The notes beneath the pieces are model-generated. The model saw nothing but the letters and a program-made list of their open reading frames with translations, did no database searches and was not told where the DNA came from. Positions 8,997 through 18,676 of a stretch of 64,000 nucleotides of DNA are shown in pieces. The position numbers and the translations under genes are program-made. The DNA is from Bacteroidales bacterium (GTDB lineage Bacteria > Bacteroidota > Bacteroidia > Bacteroidales > Marinilabiliaceae). The stretch is taken from positions 3,512 to 67,511 of the forward strand of contig DUOK01000233.1 in the NCBI GenBank assembly GCA_012838865.1. Direction: 5' to 3'. The first letter of the stretch is position 1, and every line of letters begins with the position of its first letter.

Positions 8997-10300
8997 AGAC
9001 CCTCAAATTTTCGTTCAAAACGCTTGAACTTTCCCATAAGCGTACGTTCCAGTACCGCTTCATTTTTAATCTCAAGTTCCGCTGCAAAATCCAAGGCCTG
9101 CAAACACAAACGTCGCAAGCGGTCCTTCTCCTCTGCAAGCAAAGGACGCTCGCTGGCCACCTGCACCACAAAACGCTCCGGAGCGATTTGCAAAACCTTA
9201 TACTCATTCACCACCTTGCAATACTCCGAAAAAGCTTTAAACACATACAAAAACAAGGTGTCTCCAGCCACCTTCTTGCCCGAAGGCAGCCAGGCCATCT
9301 CCTCCACCCTGCCCTGTAAATGCGTCAGCCACAGTTGCCCGTCCAGCTCCTCTAAGGCCGCCATATCTCCAATTTCGTAACGAATCAAGGGCGTCCCCTG
9401 ATTGTAGAGGGGAGTCAGCACCACCTTTCCCACCTCCCCCCGGGCACAGGGCCGATTCTGCTCATCCAGAATCTCAGTCAGCATGAGCTCGTTCGACAAT
9501 TTCCAGCGACCATTTCTTCCAAAACCTACAATACCTGCCTCCGAGGCCCCGTATTCATTGTACACCGGAACCCCGTATACCCGCTCCATAAGAGCCATCT
9601 CCTCGAGGCTGCACATTTCGGAAGTGACAATAACCGTCTGTAAGGTAGGCAGCAGGACTTTAAGGACCAGCCCCTTTTTATCCAAAAAATGCGCAAAAGT
9701 CACCAAGGGATAGGCATAACCGTAAATATAAACAAAGGGGCGTCGACGAAAAGCATCCAGCCAGGACTCGAGTACAGACTCCGACAAATCAATGGTATTG
9801 AAGCGGACCCGGTTGCTGAGCCGGTCCTTCAAGCCTTCGGTTATACGGCTGCGCCTGCTCAGGGGAAAACCGAAAAAGCGGGCCTGCAAATCGTTGAAGC
9901 CCACACCGGCCGACCGGTAGCGATCTTCCAACAAACGCCAGGTAAGGGCGTGACTGAGGTAGTCCAGTGCGTAAGCAAAAGGTTTGCCGGTCGACCCGCT
10001 GGTCGCCCGATGATAATACTTTGGGTAGGCATTCTGGTCGGGCACCCTTGTAATCGCATGTTCCCTAATCAGGCGCTTATTAAGTACGGGCAGCTCCTCC
10101 CACGAAGCAGGCCAATCCCCTATAAAATGACGGAAACTGGTATTGGCCTGGTAGTGGTACTCCAAAGCTGCCCATTTCTGCCGTTCCAGGTAGGCCGGAT
10201 CGTGCGCCTCCCGCTTATACTCCTTAAACAAACGTCCCGCTTCATTCACCGGAAACCCCGTCCATTTCAACAGTCTGAAAAAATCCATCACCAGGTCCAT
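8993..10300 (-). CDS. phenylacetate-CoA ligase family (CapK-like) adenylate-forming enzyme
   Basis: TSGSTGKP P-loop, YGASEAG, PLIRYEIGD, GRVEE. Confidence 0.85.
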   Translation of the reverse strand: MDLVMDFFRLLKWTGFPVNEAGRLFKEYKREAHDPAYLERQKWAALEYHYQANTSFRHFIGDWPASWEELPVLNKRLIREHAITRVPDQNAYPKYYHRATSGSTGKPFAYALDYLSHALTWRLLEDRYRSAGVGFNDLQARFFGFPLSRRSRITEGLKDRLSNRVRFNTIDLSESVLESWLDAFRRRPFVYIYGYAYPLVTFAHFLDKKGLVLKVLLPTLQTVIVTSEMCSLEEMALMERVYGVPVYNEYGASEAGIVGFGRNGRWKLSNELMLTEILDEQNRPCARGEVGKVVLTPLYNQGTPLIRYEIGDMAALEELDGQLWLTHLQGRVEEMAWLPSGKKVAGDTLFLYVFKAFSEYCKVVNEYKVLQIAPERFVVQVASERPLLAEEKDRLRRLCLQALDFAAELEIKNEAVLERTLMGKFKRFERKFEGL

Positions 10301-11361
10301 TTATAAGCATGCAACAAATCCAGCGATTGGGCCACCACAGCCTCCATCCGAAAGGGCTGCACCACCTTTTGAACACCTGTGCTCAAACGACGACAGAGTG
10401 CCTCATCGACCAGCAGACGCTCCATCGCAGTCACCAGTGCAGCTACATCTCTGGGTGCAATAAACAGCGCGCTCTCTCCTTCCTCAAAATACTCGGGCAG
10501 TGCACTGAACCGACTGATGAGGATGGGAACTCCGGCCATTCCGGCCTCCACCAAAACCCCGGGGAGTCCCTCCCCCGGATGAAAAGTGGGCAGGACCAAA
10601 AAATGATACGCAGCCAGCACTTCCTGCACTTTGCCAGGTTCCACCAAACCACAATATTTAATTCTTCCTCCTGATTCCCTCACCGCCTTCTGCAACAGCG
10701 GCTCATCCATCGGGTCCACCGGTCCGTACACGTCCAGCTGCACGCACCTGCCCGCAAGCAGCAAGCGGCCCACCGCCTCCAGCAAATCGTGGATCCCCTT
10801 GGTACGGGTTACCCGCGAAATAAAAACAATGCGTCCCTGTGCAGCCTCATTCAAGTCCCACCGCTGCCCACTGTCCCGACGGGGATTAAAAACCAGTTCC
10901 ACCTTCCGCAGTCCGCAAGCCTCTAAGCCTTGTTGCAGGGCCCGAGATTCGGCAAAAACACCATCCAGGCGGTTGAGACAGGCCACCATCCACCTGCGTC
11001 TCCAGGGCGACAAATCGTTTTGCAGTTGCTGGTGAAAAGACCCGCCCACCACATAAAGCACGCCCTTTTTAGTCCGCAAGGTCTGCATCAGCGCAAAAAT
11101 CGGCAACAGGTAGTAACGCCCGTACTTATTCAAAGAGAAGATGATCTGGTAACTGCCCCACATTTTGGCCAACAAACGCAGATTGTTGCGCCAGCGGGGC
11201 CCCTGCCGGGCAATGGTATCGAACCATTCCACCCCCTTAATGCCAGCTCCCTCAAAACCCGCTTTAAGACAGGAGTTCTTTACCCCATCGCCATTGTAAG
11301 GTGGCGCAAAAGGTCCGACAAACAGGATGTCTCCCGACGCTTTACGAGAGGATTTTCGCAT
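10288..11361 (-). CDS. GT4 family glycosyltransferase
   Basis: VGPFAPPYNGDG N-terminus, SRVTRTKG, EGLPGVLVEAGMAGVP. Start codon uncertain (11361 or 11388). Confidence 0.85.
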   Translation of the reverse strand: MRKSSRKASGDILFVGPFAPPYNGDGVKNSCLKAGFEGAGIKGVEWFDTIARQGPRWRNNLRLLAKMWGSYQIIFSLNKYGRYYLLPIFALMQTLRTKKGVLYVVGGSFHQQLQNDLSPWRRRWMVACLNRLDGVFAESRALQQGLEACGLRKVELVFNPRRDSGQRWDLNEAAQGRIVFISRVTRTKGIHDLLEAVGRLLLAGRCVQLDVYGPVDPMDEPLLQKAVRESGGRIKYCGLVEPGKVQEVLAAYHFLVLPTFHPGEGLPGVLVEAGMAGVPILISRFSALPEYFEEGESALFIAPRDVAALVTAMERLLVDEALCRRLSTGVQKVVQPFRMEAVVAQSLDLLHAYKWTW

Positions 11362-12433
11362 ATACCTTTTCAATTTTATCCAAAGCACTTGTGGCCGAAA
11401 AGTGGGTGGCTACCCTGCCCTTCAAAGCCTCGGCCAAACGCCGGGCTTCTTCCGGATTGTCGAGCAAATCCACCACAGCAGCTGCCAGGGCCTCCGGGTC
11501 GGAAGGCGGCACCAGACGCCCGCAACGGCCCTGATCCAGAACCAGCGCGCAATCGCCCACATTCGTGCTCACCACCGGTAAAGCGGCCATCCCATATTCC
11601 AGGAGCGAAACAGGTAAGCCCTCTGAGAGGGAGGACAAAAGGCCAAGATCTGCCGCCTGTAGGATGGCAGCGACATCGTTGCGCGAGCCCAGGATGTGAA
11701 CACGCCCGCCCAGCTGAGCTTCCTTAAGAAGCCTTTGCGACAGGTGGCGGAAGTAATCGTCGCTGAAGTGACCGCCTACCAAAAGGAGACTGGCTGCCGG
11801 GTAGCGCCGGCGAATGCGAACAAAAGCATCCAGGAGATTGTCGTGGTCCTTTTGTCGTCGCAAATTGGCCAGGCAGACCAGGCGAGGCCCCTGCCCGTCG
11901 TCGGGCAGCGGCTTTTCCAGAGCTGCGACCTCCTCCAAATCGGCAAAATTGGGCAGAAAGGCCACCTTTTTCGCTGGAAGGGCCAGCTTCTCCACTGCGT
12001 ATTTCAACAACTTGTCGTTCACCGCAAAAACGTAACTGCAAAACTTCACCAGTACGCGCAACAAGCCACGTGGACGCCGGTGCAACTGTTCACTGTAGCC
12101 AAAATGATCGTGCCAGACCAGTTTTAAACGGGGACAGCTCAATTTCAACAAAACGGCCCAAAAGAGGGAGGACGAATGGGCGTGAACCACACCGATCTGT
12201 TCCCGGGAGACGAAACAACGTAAGCGCCAAAAAGCACGAACATCCAGGGCATGTCGCTTATTAAGAAGCAAGAGTTTCACCTCCTCGTCAACGAATACCT
12301 CCAAGGGCCCCCCCTTGCGCGTGGCACACAAAAAACTTTGCACCCCGCGGCGCGAGAGACCATTGGCTATATTCACCGCCATACGTTCGGCGCCGGCAGC
12401 AATCAGGGAATCAATGAGTGTAAGTACCCGCAT
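11342..12433 (-). CDS. GT4 family glycosyltransferase
   Basis: AGAERMAV, HAHSSS, ANLRRQKDH, SEGLPVSLLEYG, TNVGD. Confidence 0.9.
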   Translation of the reverse strand: MRVLTLIDSLIAAGAERMAVNIANGLSRRGVQSFLCATRKGGPLEVFVDEEVKLLLLNKRHALDVRAFWRLRCFVSREQIGVVHAHSSSLFWAVLLKLSCPRLKLVWHDHFGYSEQLHRRPRGLLRVLVKFCSYVFAVNDKLLKYAVEKLALPAKKVAFLPNFADLEEVAALEKPLPDDGQGPRLVCLANLRRQKDHDNLLDAFVRIRRRYPAASLLLVGGHFSDDYFRHLSQRLLKEAQLGGRVHILGSRNDVAAILQAADLGLLSSLSEGLPVSLLEYGMAALPVVSTNVGDCALVLDQGRCGRLVPPSDPEALAAAVVDLLDNPEEARRLAEALKGRVATHFSATSALDKIEKVYAKILS

Positions 12434-12438
12434 CGACT

Positions 12439-13557
12439 TTACAACAATTTAATAAGCGCTTCTTCAAAGGCCTCCAGGTGATAACGGTGCGACCAGTCCA
12501 TCGCCGCACGACACTTGTCGTAGTAATCCTGTGGCTGCGCCAGCAGTCCCTGAATGGCTTCAGCGACCTGGCCGGGATCGGCCGACACCAGCACCCCTCG
12601 CTCAGCGGTGTTGAGCATCTGACGCACGCACGATACTTCGGTGGTCAGTGGTAAACAAGCCCACCACATGGCCTCGGCCACCACCTTGGGCCAACCTTCC
12701 GAGCGCGACAAAAAAACCAGAAAATGAGCCGCACGGAAATATTCTTTCACCACTTCCGGTGCCTGCCGACCGTGAAAATGAACGACATCAACCAAGCCCT
12801 TTTCCGTGCAGAATTGCTCCAGGTCTGCCCGCTGGCGACCGTCCCCAAACAAATCAAGACGGACCTCCAGACCTCTGCCCCTCAGCAGCTCCACAACCTT
12901 AATGGCGGTCAGAGGCCCCTTATTCGGCGTGAGTGTCCCTACAAAAATCAAACGCAAGGGCAGCTCAGTTAACGAACGGGGCTCCAGGGGAAGGGCCTGG
13001 GTTTTGGAATAGGAAGCCGTAAAAAACGGACGGATGTTTCGACTCCTTTCGCCCCAATCGCCATAAACCATAACCCGCATGCGTCTCGACCAAAAGCGCG
13101 AACGCAAGAGCCGCTGTTGCAGTCGGTACGATCGGGGCTGACGACTGTTCCAGTCCCAGTTGTTGGCGTACTTGGCCGTTTTTCGGGTAAAAGGAAAAAA
13201 AACCTGTACCAGAAGTCCCAACAAACCCATGTTGGAAGGACAGCGCAAATGAATGTGACTGGCCCATGCCATGCCCTGCAAAAGACGAAAAAGCACAAGG
13301 GGTAATTTCGAAAGAGAACTCAGCACCTCCTTTTTGTTGGTAAAACGCAGGGCTGGAACCGCGACAAAATCAAGATTGGGATGCGTATAAAAAGTCTCCA
13401 AGGCATCGGGTGGCTCCTGCGACAAAGGAGCTATGATGCGGACCCGGTCGACGTGGCGCAACCAAAGATTCATTTCACGCACATAAGGCGTGTACCCCCC
13501 ATAGCGTCCCTCGCTGTGCACATGCACCACCGGCGAAACAATCAGAAATTTAAGCAT
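12439..13557 (-). CDS. GT4 family glycosyltransferase
   Basis: VGTLTPNKG, SEGWPKVVAEAMWWACLP. Start set at MLKFLIV, overlapping the end of the upstream gene. Confidence 0.88.
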   Translation of the reverse strand: MLKFLIVSPVVHVHSEGRYGGYTPYVREMNLWLRHVDRVRIIAPLSQEPPDALETFYTHPNLDFVAVPALRFTNKKEVLSSLSKLPLVLFRLLQGMAWASHIHLRCPSNMGLLGLLVQVFFPFTRKTAKYANNWDWNSRQPRSYRLQQRLLRSRFWSRRMRVMVYGDWGERSRNIRPFFTASYSKTQALPLEPRSLTELPLRLIFVGTLTPNKGPLTAIKVVELLRGRGLEVRLDLFGDGRQRADLEQFCTEKGLVDVVHFHGRQAPEVVKEYFRAAHFLVFLSRSEGWPKVVAEAMWWACLPLTTEVSCVRQMLNTAERGVLVSADPGQVAEAIQGLLAQPQDYYDKCRAAMDWSHRYHLEAFEEALIKLL

Positions 13558-14941
13558 CTTGACCTTCCCCGACCTCCTCCTTCCCACGTGAAGCCACCCA
13601 CATAAAGGCCGCTCCAAACACCACGCCGGGCAAAGCCAGGCGCATGGCCGCATGAAACATGGTGAACATACTCAACAAATAAAAAGCAACAAAGAAACAA
13701 CGCGTCATGGGATCGCGATAGTGAAAAAAGAAGTACAGCGGCAAGCCCAACATGCCCACCAGCATAAAGATCAAGCCTACAATCCCGTGCTCCGACAAAA
13801 GACGGGCAAATTCGGTGTGGGCCGCAGCTTCCGAGCCATAATACCGCGCCCGGTAAATGGCCCCCATTCCGTAACCCACCCCAAAACCGGGATGCTCGGT
13901 AAAGACTTTAATGTCGGCGGCAATGATCTTGTCTCTGCCCGTGAGCAAACTCCCTCCCGAACTGCGTTCGCCGGTCAAGGCCTCCGTTGTACTCAGGCCC
14001 TGATACCGATACAACAAATAATTATTAGTCAGGTGATTCGCAAACACGAACACCCCCACAAAAAATGCCAGTCCCACCAGCACCCAGGGCAAGGACTGCA
14101 CCAATCGCCTACGGAACCCGTAGTACGAAAAGTAGAGCACCGCAACAGCTCCCAAAAGAGCCAGTACACTGCCCAGAACGCCGCCCCGCGAAAAAGTCAG
14201 CAAGGCCCGGAGCACCAAATAAAAAAGCATCAGCCAGTCGAGCCACTTAAAAGGTGTTATGGCCGCCCCATTGATTTTATAGAGCAAGGCCAGCAGAATG
14301 AACCAGCCCAGCACCGTACTCACCTGATTGGGTCCGAAACCACCCGAGGCTGCAGCGCTGGATTGCACACTGGTGAACTCGATGGTGGCCAGACTGGCTA
14401 CGGTACTTAGGGCCATGATAACGGCAAAAGCCGGCAGAAAGGCCCATTTCAACTGGTGAAAAAAAGTGGAAGCGGGCAGGCGGCGCCCAAAAAAATACAA
14501 GCCGGAGGCGATGAGACTCAAGGGCCCGGAGATGTTGAACATGACCATGTCCAGTCTGCGTGCCGGATCGCTGTGCTCGGTAAGAAAGATGGCCGGCAGC
14601 AACAACACCAGCAAAAAGATAAAAATCCAGGGAAAATACCTGCGACCTCCTATCACCAGTCCCGTGACCAACAAAATAATGCTTGCGTACTTGCCCAACT
14701 CCCAGGAATAGGGCGCCCCGGCCATGCGGTACAGCATTTCGTAGCCCACCAGGTAAAGGGCATAAAAACCCGCCCGGGCATCGCTGTCGAGCCGGTACAC
14801 CACATCCAGCCAAAAAAGCAAAAAGAAAAGCGGATAGGCCAGCGCAACAATTCCCGGCGCATACTTTAACATGGCCCCCAAAAACAAATGGAGGACAATC
14901 AAGGCCACATAGCCGCTTTTATAATCCAACAGTTTAATCAC
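13550..14941 (-). CDS. O-antigen polymerase/ligase family membrane protein (Wzy/WaaL-like)
   Basis: About 11-12 hydrophobic segments, GFGPNQVS, TFSRGG, TGRDKI, GVGYG, AHTEFARLLSEHGIVG. Confidence 0.82.
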   Translation of the reverse strand: MIKLLDYKSGYVALIVLHLFLGAMLKYAPGIVALAYPLFFLLFWLDVVYRLDSDARAGFYALYLVGYEMLYRMAGAPYSWELGKYASIILLVTGLVIGGRRYFPWIFIFLLVLLLPAIFLTEHSDPARRLDMVMFNISGPLSLIASGLYFFGRRLPASTFFHQLKWAFLPAFAVIMALSTVASLATIEFTSVQSSAAASGGFGPNQVSTVLGWFILLALLYKINGAAITPFKWLDWLMLFYLVLRALLTFSRGGVLGSVLALLGAVAVLYFSYYGFRRRLVQSLPWVLVGLAFFVGVFVFANHLTNNYLLYRYQGLSTTEALTGERSSGGSLLTGRDKIIAADIKVFTEHPGFGVGYGMGAIYRARYYGSEAAAHTEFARLLSEHGIVGLIFMLVGMLGLPLYFFFHYRDPMTRCFFVAFYLLSMFTMFHAAMRLALPGVVFGAAFMWVASRGKEEVGEGQDA

Positions 14942-16080
14942 TTCAAGGAACGATAAAATTCAATATTCTTAGCAACAAGTCCCTCCAGTCCAAACATTGC
15001 CCGGGCATCTTGCTGGCCCTGTAAGGACAACTCCTTCATCCGCTCGGGATGCTCAAAGGCATAAATAATCTGCTCCGCAATATCCAGAGGTTCGTAGGGA
15101 TTACACAAGAGCCCGTTTTCTTTGTGGCGAATGGTTTCCGGACCGGGTCCCTCACGGGTAAAAAGTACCGCTTTGCCCATAAACATAGCTTCAGGGGCCA
15201 CCAGTCCCTGAGTTTCCATGTGCGAAGGAAAAACGCAAAGCTCTGCCTGTTCGTAACGAGCAGGAATTTCGGACAAAGGAAGGGGCCCATGAAAATGAAG
15301 GTGCTGCAGTATTTCCTCAGAAAATTGTTCCTTCAGCCACGCTGTGTAGGAACGCTTATCGGGAAAAAACCAATCGCGCCCGTACACATCGAGCTGCACC
15401 TCCGGAAACCGCGGGATAATGAGCTCAAGGGCTTGAATCAACTGACGAATGCCCTTTTTCTCGCAAACGGTACCGGCAAAGACGAGGCGATGCTTTTGAG
15501 CAAGATCGAGATCGGCCTGCCGAAACAAGTCCCCGTCGATGGGGTAGCGAATGGTGGCAAGCGGTCGCCCTTCGGTCGACAAGTACTTAGCTGTGTGTCG
15601 TTTTACATATTCCGAGACCGCAACAAAGGCATCGGCCCGGGCGTAGGAGCGGCGCTCCAAAAAGCCCTTCCAGGCGTCGATGGGCCGCTGTTCCGATTCG
15701 GCAAAAAAGTGATGGCCCCCATGCATACGTACCACCTTGACGTAAGGGGTTTTGGCGGGCAACATAAACATCAGAGCTTCGGGCGCTTCAACCACATCAA
15801 GGGGTCGACTTTCGTGCATCTCCCTCAACTTCCGCCTTATCCGCCAGGCATTCTCGGCAAAGCTGGCCTTTTTAAAAAGACGAGGTGCCGGCAAGCGGTA
15901 AATGTCCACCCCCCGATCCTGAAAATGCTCCTCCTGTGGACCTTTGCCAATGCCTACCACCGAGACACGGTGACCGGCACGCACCAGGGCGCGGGCAATG
16001 GTTTGAATAAAACTGCCGATGCCCCCGGTTCCCCACAAGGGGTATTCGTAGGACAAATAGCAAATGTTTAGTGCTTCCAT
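14938..16080 (-). CDS. GT4 family glycosyltransferase
   Basis: GGIGSFI, GTVCEKKG, FPSHMETQGLVAPEAMFMGKAV. Confidence 0.9.
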   Translation of the reverse strand: MEALNICYLSYEYPLWGTGGIGSFIQTIARALVRAGHRVSVVGIGKGPQEEHFQDRGVDIYRLPAPRLFKKASFAENAWRIRRKLREMHESRPLDVVEAPEALMFMLPAKTPYVKVVRMHGGHHFFAESEQRPIDAWKGFLERRSYARADAFVAVSEYVKRHTAKYLSTEGRPLATIRYPIDGDLFRQADLDLAQKHRLVFAGTVCEKKGIRQLIQALELIIPRFPEVQLDVYGRDWFFPDKRSYTAWLKEQFSEEILQHLHFHGPLPLSEIPARYEQAELCVFPSHMETQGLVAPEAMFMGKAVLFTREGPGPETIRHKENGLLCNPYEPLDIAEQIIYAFEHPERMKELSLQGQQDARAMFGLEGLVAKNIEFYRSLK

Positions 16081-16098
16081 AAGTGGGGAAAGTTTTCT

Positions 16099-17484
16099 TT
16101 AAACAGTAGTCATGATCCGGGCAATCCTTTCGGAAGCCTCCTCCAGTGGATGCAGCGCCACCACCCTAAACCAGCGGGAGCGGACTTCGGCCGACGGCAG
16201 GGGGCCGTACAAGGCACGCCGCACACAGTCGGCGATCTCCGCCCTGCTGTTGAGCCAAACCACACAATCGCGGGTAGGCATGCTCCTGAAATGCTGGTAT
16301 TGATTATTGACAACGGCCGACCAATGGGTAATGGCGGGCTGATCGTAATTGATGTAAATGGCCGGTTTGTCGTACACCGCAAAGTCGTGTGCCATGGTGG
16401 ACCCCACATTGATTACTGCGTCGGCGTGCAAGGCCACATTAACCAAAAGCCGGATGTCGTCCAGCGTCGGCACATTAAAATCCCAGCCCCCACGGTATTT
16501 TTTCCAAAGCGGATCGGAGACTTTAATGAGGTCGGGATAGCGTTCCACTACAGGTTGAAAGCGGCCCGACAAATCTACGGGACAGCGGCGAAGAAGAATC
16601 TGGGGCCTTTCCGCTTCCGGCATCTGCATCAGCGCCTCTGCCAGGTCGGACAAATACAGTTCGTCGCAGGGAAAAGTCATATCGTTGCCCGAAAAACACA
16701 GCACCTTTTTATTGGGGTCGAGGCCCCATTCGGCAAAAAAATCCCCCCGCTCCTGACGCAGCGAAGGGTTAAAATAGAACTCAAACTGGGGTGTTCCGGT
16801 GACAAAGAGACGGGTCTCGGCAATCTCGGGATAGTAAGTCGCCATCTCCTGCTTCATAAATTCGGACCACAGCACATAACGATCGGTCCGCACAAGCAAA
16901 CGCGCCTTGGGCAGATTGTCCCAGGAATAGACAGCCCCCAGGGTTGGAATCTCCAGCGAACGCGCAGCCTCTACCACCACCGAACCGTCGAGCGAGCGCT
17001 GGTGCGTACTGAACAGCACATCGGGTTGCAGCTGGCGCAGCACGCTTTGCTGCTCCTTAAAATAGGCGGTACTGCGCAAGTGTTTTCGGTAACGCTTTTC
17101 CAATCGCACTATGCGCCGGTAACTCAAAGAGGCCCACCAGCCCACCAAGGCCGCCAGTGCAAAAAAGAGGCGGGTTAACCAGGCGTATTGTTTGCGGGTC
17201 CAGTTGATCATGATGGTGGAATTATCCACCTTGCGGGTGTTGTAGCGCAAGCGCGCATAGGTGATGCTCTCCTTGAGCAATTTCCCCCAAAACGCTTCGC
17301 GATAAGTCGTCATGGCTACATGCCTGATCTCCTTTTGGTGAACTTGCTGCACCTCCTGCACCACCTCGGGGGGCAAAACGGTCAACAATATAAGCTCGGC
17401 ATCCTTAGGAAGCCGGTCGATGAGACTGCTGTACAAATAATTGCGCAGGCCTACCCCGTCGGGTACCAAAAAACAAATCCGCAT
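16099..17484 (-). CDS. uncharacterised GT-B glycosyltransferase-like protein, candidate nonulosonate transferase
   Basis: Directly downstream of the CMP-nonulosonate synthetase. Motifs SWDNLPK, TGTPQFE, LLRRCP, INVGSTMAHDF. The function is an inference. Confidence 0.5.
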   Translation of the reverse strand: MRICFLVPDGVGLRNYLYSSLIDRLPKDAELILLTVLPPEVVQEVQQVHQKEIRHVAMTTYREAFWGKLLKESITYARLRYNTRKVDNSTIMINWTRKQYAWLTRLFFALAALVGWWASLSYRRIVRLEKRYRKHLRSTAYFKEQQSVLRQLQPDVLFSTHQRSLDGSVVVEAARSLEIPTLGAVYSWDNLPKARLLVRTDRYVLWSEFMKQEMATYYPEIAETRLFVTGTPQFEFYFNPSLRQERGDFFAEWGLDPNKKVLCFSGNDMTFPCDELYLSDLAEALMQMPEAERPQILLRRCPVDLSGRFQPVVERYPDLIKVSDPLWKKYRGGWDFNVPTLDDIRLLVNVALHADAVINVGSTMAHDFAVYDKPAIYINYDQPAITHWSAVVNNQYQHFRSMPTRDCVVWLNSRAEIADCVRRALYGPLPSAEVRSRWFRVVALHPLEEASERIARIMTTV

Positions 17485-17506
17485 AAATCCTTAGTATTTT
17501 AGCTGC

Positions 17507-18676
17507 TTAAGTCCTTCCGGCCAAAATGGCCTCCACATACTCCCGCACCACGCCTTCACCCCCTTTTTTGGTGAAAACCCGAATACCGGGAATGGCTTTT
17601 ACCTTGTCTACCGCATCGACGGGACAGGCCGGGAAACCCACCCGGGAAAGTAATTCGAGGCAATTCACATCGTCGCCGATGTAGGCCACCTGCGACAGAT
17701 CCAAACCCTCCTTTTCACAAATATCCAGGGCTGCCGCCAGCTTCCCGCCGTGCTTTTTGCCCTGGTAAAGATGATCGAGTCCCAGTTTTTTAAAGCGGCG
17801 GTCGACCATCCGCGTATCCTCCGAAGTCACGATGCCGGTCTTAATGCCCTGGGCCTTCAAAAGCTGCAAGCCCATCCCGTCGCGGGTATTGAACTTCTTG
17901 AGCTCATCGCCCTCCTCGGAGTAGTACATGCCTGCATCGGTCAGCACCCCATCCACATCGGTCAGAAAGAGCCGTATTTGAGCATAATCGGGCAAAAGTT
18001 GCGGTTGATGCTTGCGCATCAACTGCTCGGCCATCAGCCAATCGTCCTCCTCATCCATCTCAATGGCCGTATATTCAGGCATTTCAAACAAACCAATATG
18101 CCCCGAAATGCGCAGTCCCGAAGCTCGAATGGCGGCAATGGTACTCACATAAAAGGCACCGTTCTCCATCCACTCACCATCAAAGTCCTGCCTCCGGGGA
18201 CGCTGTCTGTAATCGTAGTTTTTAGATTGACCGTCGGCCGTCCAAAAAAAACGTTTGAAACGCACACAGGAAAGCAGACTGTCGAAGCCGCCTTCGTAAA
18301 AGTGTTGCAGGGCCCCGGAGAAATCTTCGCGACGGGTAAGCGGCGAGGTGGCCTGGGCAAGGACAAACACATCCTTGTCGGTCCACCTGCTACCGTCGCG
18401 GTCCAGATAGTCAAACATGGCTGTTTCGGTGGACGCGGTATCGCTGGCACTTTCAGCAGAGCGGTCGAACAAGAGCACCTTACTGAAGGCAAAACTTTCC
18501 ACCACCTCGCGAATTTGGGGACTGTCGGTAGCCACCACCACGTGGTCCACTTCCGGCGCTTCTTCCAAAGCTTTCAGATTCCAATAAATGAGGGGACGAC
18601 CGCAAAAATTGCGGATGTTTTTCAGGGGAATGGATTTACTGCCTCCACGTACGGGTACAAATGCGACTACTGCCAT
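17507..18676 (-). CDS. neuA: acylneuraminate cytidylyltransferase fused to a KdsC-type HAD phosphatase
   Basis: N-terminus VPVRGGSKSIPLKN, QATSPL, ENGAFY. C-terminus FLTDVDGVLTDAG, KFNTRDG, YIGDD. Confidence 0.9.
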   Translation of the reverse strand: MAVVAFVPVRGGSKSIPLKNIRNFCGRPLIYWNLKALEEAPEVDHVVVATDSPQIREVVESFAFSKVLLFDRSAESASDTASTETAMFDYLDRDGSRWTDKDVFVLAQATSPLTRREDFSGALQHFYEGGFDSLLSCVRFKRFFWTADGQSKNYDYRQRPRRQDFDGEWMENGAFYVSTIAAIRASGLRISGHIGLFEMPEYTAIEMDEEDDWLMAEQLMRKHQPQLLPDYAQIRLFLTDVDGVLTDAGMYYSEEGDELKKFNTRDGMGLQLLKAQGIKTGIVTSEDTRMVDRRFKKLGLDHLYQGKKHGGKLAAALDICEKEGLDLSQVAYIGDDVNCLELLSRVGFPACPVDAVDKVKAIPGIRVFTKKGGEGVVREYVEAILAGRT

